Origin: Candidatus Harrisonbacteria bacterium RIFCSPHIGHO2_02_FULL_40_20
GTDB lineage: Bacteria; Patescibacteriota; Minisyncoccia; UBA6257; WO2-44-18
Assembly (NCBI GenBank): GCA_001818675.1
Contig: MHJF01000006.1
Coordinates: 3,157-67,156 of the forward strand
Length of the DNA: 64,000 nucleotides
Direction of reading: 5' to 3'
Shown here: one piece after another, positions 57,764 to 64,000 of the stretch
Layout of the letters: every line of letters starts with the position of its first letter
Numbering within the stretch: the first letter of the stretch is position 1
The notes under the pieces: generated by a model
Told to the model about the DNA's origin: nothing
Database searches by the model: none
Seen by the model: only the letters and a program-made list of their open reading frames with translations
Made by a program: the position numbers and the translations under genes

Positions 57764-59215
57764 ATGACTAGCAAAGAAAAAAAACGTGCTCCAAAGTTTC
57801 TAAAATTAGATTTTGGAGAATTGTCTCCGGAAACTCGGGAAATTTTAAATGTTTGCCAACGTTATATTAAGGGGCAAAATAGGGCTTTAGAATATGTTGT
57901 GGATGCTTTAGAGGTTTTTAAAGCTGGAATGAGAAATCCGGAAAAACCTATTTCCGTAATGGCGTTTCTTGGCCCCTCTGGTGTGGGGAAAACTCGTGTT
58001 AGCGAGGTTTTGGCAAAATGTTTATTTGGGAATTTTAACGCTTTTACTAAAGTTCGTTGCGCGGAATATAATCACGGCCACGAAGCCTCCCGTTTAACTG
58101 GCGCGCCTCCTGGTTTTATCGGTCATGTTAAAAATTCTCCGGAAGATCCTTGGGCAGAACAAAAATATTTGCCATTTTCACAATTTAATCTTGATAGATT
58201 TGATCTTTTACAAAAATTAAGAACTGGGGAATTAATAAATATTTTATCGGTTAATAATACTAGTGATCAAATTAATCTTGCTAAGTTGAAGACGGAGATG
58301 GAAAAGAAACTCGAAGAATCAAATAAAAGAGCCGCTTATGATGCGGAGGCTAAAAAATCGGCTGAAATCCTTAAAAAAGCGATCCTTAAAATAGAAAAAG
58401 TGGCGCGCAATCATAATGAATATTATCAATGGCTTGTGGAGTGCACAAAAAATAATCAAGTAGAGTCCTTACCCATTGAAACTTTATTGGATATTCATAA
58501 AACATGTTCTGAACTAATGAAATTTAACTCCATTATTTTATTTGATGAAATTGAAAAAGCGCACCCGGACTTTCGTAAACATTTATTAGAAATTATGGAT
58601 CGGGGAGTATTGGGAGTTGGAAGTGGCGTTACTTCTTTTAGGAATTCTTTTATTTTTATGACGTCTAATGTTGGCAGTGATGAAATAGCCGCCTTGTTGG
58701 GAATGAAAAAAGCTAATTTAGGTTTTTATCCCGCCACAGAGGCTCCGCGAGATTCAGCGTTATTAGATAAAGAAATTTTTAAAGTTGCGAATGCGGCGGC
58801 TGAAAAAGAATTTAAGCCAGAATTTTTAGGACGGATTGATAAAATTGTAGTTTTTCGGCCGTTAAGCCGGGAAACAATGTCCGAAATCTTTGATTTAGAA
58901 CTGGATCTTTTTAATGAGCGTAATTTAACCCAGGGAATTTTAGGCATCATTGTCCGATTTACTGAAGCAGCTAAGAATTTTATTCTTGACGGGGCGATGA
59001 AATATAATTCTTATGGAGCGAGAATGATTGAAAAGAGATTAGATAGAATATTAAAAGTTGGGCTGGCTCGATTAGTGAATCAAAAAAAGGGCTTGATTGT
59101 TAACGGAGATGTGCTCTGGGTTGATCGGGATGGGGAAGAATTAATCTTTAAAAAAGAAATTTTTGAAAAAGATCAGCTTGCTGGTGGAGATTCGCCCGTA
59201 ATAATTAAACTCTAG
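57764..59215 (+). CDS. ClpA/ClpB-like single AAA+ (D2) ATPase with helical insertion
   Basis: GQ..A, FLGPSGVGKT, LTGAPPGFIG, ILFDEIEKAH, MTSNVG, FKPEFLGRID, YGAR. Confidence 0.88.
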   Translation: MTSKEKKRAPKFLKLDFGELSPETREILNVCQRYIKGQNRALEYVVDALEVFKAGMRNPEKPISVMAFLGPSGVGKTRVSEVLAKCLFGNFNAFTKVRCAEYNHGHEASRLTGAPPGFIGHVKNSPEDPWAEQKYLPFSQFNLDRFDLLQKLRTGELINILSVNNTSDQINLAKLKTEMEKKLEESNKRAAYDAEAKKSAEILKKAILKIEKVARNHNEYYQWLVECTKNNQVESLPIETLLDIHKTCSELMKFNSIILFDEIEKAHPDFRKHLLEIMDRGVLGVGSGVTSFRNSFIFMTSNVGSDEIAALLGMKKANLGFYPATEAPRDSALLDKEIFKVANAAAEKEFKPEFLGRIDKIVVFRPLSRETMSEIFDLELDLFNERNLTQGILGIIVRFTEAAKNFILDGAMKYNSYGARMIEKRLDRILKVGLARLVNQKKGLIVNGDVLWVDRDGEELIFKKEIFEKDQLAGGDSPVIIKL

Positions 59216-59334
59216 ACCGGCAAATGCCGGTCTTTTTTTGGCTATTTGACATATTGTCTTACGTTATGCTAATATATAAAAACTTAAGCAACTTTGCTTA
59301 AGCGCACCCCAAATCTATTTCGGAGGAACCGGCT

Positions 59335-59613
59335 ATGTCTTTTAAGTGCATGTTCGGTGATGGACACATCACTCTTCCTGGTCAGCGGCAAATTTTAGTT
59401 CCTACGACGATTCGTAGGGTTCAGGATCGTCATCTTTATGGCTGGAATCCGATTAAGGGCGAGGCGAGGTTTCAGAAGTTTGGAGAAGGCACAGAGATCG
59501 TTCACACGGAAGCTTTCTGTGATGAACATGCGGCGATAGTTGTTCCTATTGAGATGGAGGAAGTTGCGCGGCGCACTCATTTCCATCGGGATGGTGTTTT
59601 GGCCCGAAGATAA
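59335..59613 (+). CDS. Hypothetical small protein
   Basis: RBS GGAGG; FKC and CDEH motifs; terminator follows. Confidence 0.55.
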   Translation: MSFKCMFGDGHITLPGQRQILVPTTIRRVQDRHLYGWNPIKGEARFQKFGEGTEIVHTEAFCDEHAAIVVPIEMEEVARRTHFHRDGVLARR

Positions 59614-59666
59614 ATAAAACCCTCCTTCAGCATTACGTTGAAGGAGGGCATTTTTTTAAAAAATTG

Positions 59667-59737
59667 AGCGAGAGACGGGAATCGAACCCGCGTATCCTGC
59701 TTGGAAGGCAGGCGCACTACCACTGTGCTACTCTCGC
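59667..59737 (-). tRNA. tRNA-Gly(TCC)
   Basis: CCTGC-CTTCCAA-GCAGG. Confidence 0.94.
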
Positions 59738-59816
59738 AGACAATTCTTCTTTTGGTGCGGAAGAAAAAATGGGCTTACTTGCTAAGAAGACGCCTATATA
59801 CTATAAATAATTTAAG

Positions 59817-60422
59817 ATGAAATTAAAATCAAGATATAGAATTTTCATAATCGCAGGCATCTTTGTGGGCGGTTTTATTTTATTAGGCAAGATGGTGTTT
59901 TTTCCGTCTACGTACATACCAGCTAAATTCACCGAGGCTAGGCTGGAAGGCGCCGCTATTGCCCAAAAAATCGTTGCTTTATCTGGAGGAGCGTTGGCAA
60001 GTTTAGAAAAAATATCAGAATATGATAAAAATGGCGAAACCGCCGAAGCTTTGATTTTAATTTCTCAGCAATTGATTGCTAACCGCGTTACTCAAGAAGA
60101 AGCAGTTAATCTTTCCAGACAGTTAGAAAAAATGGCTCGATTTTTATCAAGTATTAAGCCATCGAATGCTCGCCAGAAAGCTATGGAAGCCATAACTTCG
60201 GAAGTCGCTTTAGTTAGCCGATTGATAAGTTATAATGATTATTTAAAACAGCTTTTTGAAGTATTAAGCGCTAAATTTAATCATCGTTACAGCAATATTT
60301 ATGAATCCAGGGATCAAGTAGGGGGATTGATCCAAAAAGTGAACGAAGAAGCGCAAGCTATTAATGAATTTGACGGGCGTTTCAATAAAGCCCTCGCAGA
60401 ATTAGATAAAATCGTATTATAA
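59817..60422 (+). CDS. Membrane-anchored helical hypothetical protein
   Basis: N-terminal TM, 201 aa. Confidence 0.65.
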   Translation: MKLKSRYRIFIIAGIFVGGFILLGKMVFFPSTYIPAKFTEARLEGAAIAQKIVALSGGALASLEKISEYDKNGETAEALILISQQLIANRVTQEEAVNLSRQLEKMARFLSSIKPSNARQKAMEAITSEVALVSRLISYNDYLKQLFEVLSAKFNHRYSNIYESRDQVGGLIQKVNEEAQAINEFDGRFNKALAELDKIVL

Positions 60423-60448
60423 TTGCAAGAAGTGTTTGGTCAGGCAAC

Positions 60449-60737
60449 CGGAGTGTAGTATAACGGCAGTACCTGCCTGCCGGCAGGCAGGCGCGTGTCT
60501 ACCCCGTATCAAAATTAACAGGGTATAGTGTAACGGCAGCACGAGTCCTTTGGGAGGATTTAGTCTCGGTTCGAATCCGAGTACCCTGATAGAAAATTTT
60601 TGGTACGGGGCTTTGGGAGCCCAGTACCAGAGCAAAGCTCGGTACTGGACAAGCACGTAGCCTGGGTTCCCGCCCCGATCGCAGTCGGGGCGAGGCTCGC
60701 CCAAAATAAATTTGGGCGGCAATTCCCAGCACTCCGA
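60449..60737 (+). pseudogene. tRNA-Pro(TGG) split into five pieces by four palindromic insertions
   Basis: 60449-472 + 60493-497 + 60611-620 + 60655-669 + 60721-737 join to a perfect 71-nt cloverleaf. Confidence 0.85.
60519..60589 (+). tRNA. tRNA-Pro(TGG), intact, nested inside an insertion in the split tRNA-Pro
   Basis: CAGGGTA/TACCCTG-A, AGTCC-TTTGGGA-GGATT. Confidence 0.93.
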
Positions 60738-60744
60738 AGAAAGA

Positions 60745-61239
60745 ATGTTTAAAAATATTATTGTTAGATTTTTAAGATGGATTGAGATTCAGAGATCTCT
60801 AATTATGGTTTTAACAGCCTTTTTATTTGTTTGGCAGTTAATCCATCTTTATTGATTGACTGCTAATGTGGTGGCTTTGCGTTTATTGGATAGAAGTTTT
60901 TTAGAATTATCTGACATACTTAATATTTTAATTGCTTTAGTGGATTACACAGAAATTCCGGCTTTAATCACTGCCACCCTGCTTTATTTCGGCCAGTTTT
61001 ATACTCAATTTAATTGGAAGAGCCTTTGGTTTTTGATTTTAATTAATAGCCAATGGCCGCACCTTTTATGGATAACTGATGAATTTGTAGTGAATCGTTT
61101 TTCAGAAGCTGGCCATGTAATTTTTCTGGTTTAGCTAGCCTGGATAGCAATTTTTATTGATTATCTTGAACTGCCTGTATTTTTTGACACCCTTAAAGAT
61201 TCTTTCAAAATTGGGCTCAATAAAATACGTAGTTTATGA
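60745..61239 (+). pseudogene. Membrane protein with two in-frame stops
   Basis: Continuous frame with TGA at 60853 and TAG at 61132; internal repeat VDYTEIPA / IDYLELPV spans the second stop. Confidence 0.7.
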
Positions 61240-61268
61240 TAAAATTATATTCATAGAGAGTTTTTATG

Positions 61269-63462
<2,194 letters not shown>

Positions 63463-63472
63463 AATATATCGT

Positions 63473-63769
63473 ATGTCAGAAATCAATAAAAAATCCTTAG
63501 AACATTTAGCGGATTTGGCTCGTTTAGAGATTAATCCTAAAAAAGAGGAAAAATTTATTAAAGACCTCCAGAGCATTCTTGGTCATTTTCAAGAATTGCA
63601 AAGTTTAAATACAGAAAATGTTTTGCCAATGACCGGTGGGACCCAAATGAAAAATGTTTTCCGGGAAGATGATCAAAAAAGAGACAAAACCGTGGAAACT
63701 CGCAATGTCGTTGATGCTTTCCCTGAAAGAGAAAAAGGATACCTTAGAATACCCCCGGTATTCAAATAA
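63473..63769 (+). CDS. gatC: Asp/Glu-tRNA amidotransferase subunit C
   Basis: HLADLARL, L..IL....L, NVFRED, P.....YL.IP.V. Confidence 0.93.
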   Translation: MSEINKKSLEHLADLARLEINPKKEEKFIKDLQSILGHFQELQSLNTENVLPMTGGTQMKNVFREDDQKRDKTVETRNVVDAFPEREKGYLRIPPVFK

Positions 63770-63845
63770 ATTCTAAACACCAAATCCTAAATAAATTTCA
63801 ATGACCAAAGTCCAAAACGTTTAGGATTTAAGATTTTAATTTTGT

Positions 63846-64000
63846 ATGCATTTACACGATCTTACAATTAAAAAATTTCATCAAGGGCTTTTAGACAAGA
63901 AATTTTCTGCCGCAGAAATAGTTAAAGAATATTACAATCGTATTGAAGTTCGAGATCGAGAAATCAATGCTTATTTGTCTTTAGCCAAAGAAGACGCTTT
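63846..64000 (+). CDS. gatA: Amidotransferase subunit A, 5' part
   Basis: LTI..FH..L..KKFSA.E.....RI......INAY after gatC; truncated by the window end. Confidence 0.85.
   Translation, partial: MHLHDLTIKKFHQGLLDKKFSAAEIVKEYYNRIEVRDREINAYLSLAKEDA

Noticed and set aside
60745-61239. Stop-codon reassignment (code 25 or 4)
   Set aside because: TGA and TAG end many normal genes in this window.

Overview
AT-rich window from a small-genome bacterium, most likely Patescibacteria/Parcubacteria (CPR). This is inferred from the pilM-N-O-B-T-C/pilin/pilD cluster next to rpsB-tsf, the short EF-Ts, the FBP aldolase/phosphatase and frequent -10 boxes just upstream of ATGs. Housekeeping genes include hup, rny, murB, hpf, secA, comF, rpsB, tsf, rpmG, gpmI, ligA, gatC and the start of gatA, with 13 apparently functional tRNA genes. 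The most notable signal is non-coding. A RAYT-type HUH transposase carries its own REP hairpins, and several families of small palindromic elements insert at tRNA 5' ends, Shine-Dalgarno sites, start codons and in-frame inside proteins. A complete tRNA-Pro(TGG) can be rebuilt from five pieces split by four such insertions (60449-60737), and one insertion carries an intact second tRNA-Pro(TGG). tRNA-Thr(GGT) is split by a 193-nt group I intron at position 36/37, and a free-standing LAGLIDADG-like gene overlaps its 5' end. All calls were made by eye; no searches were run.
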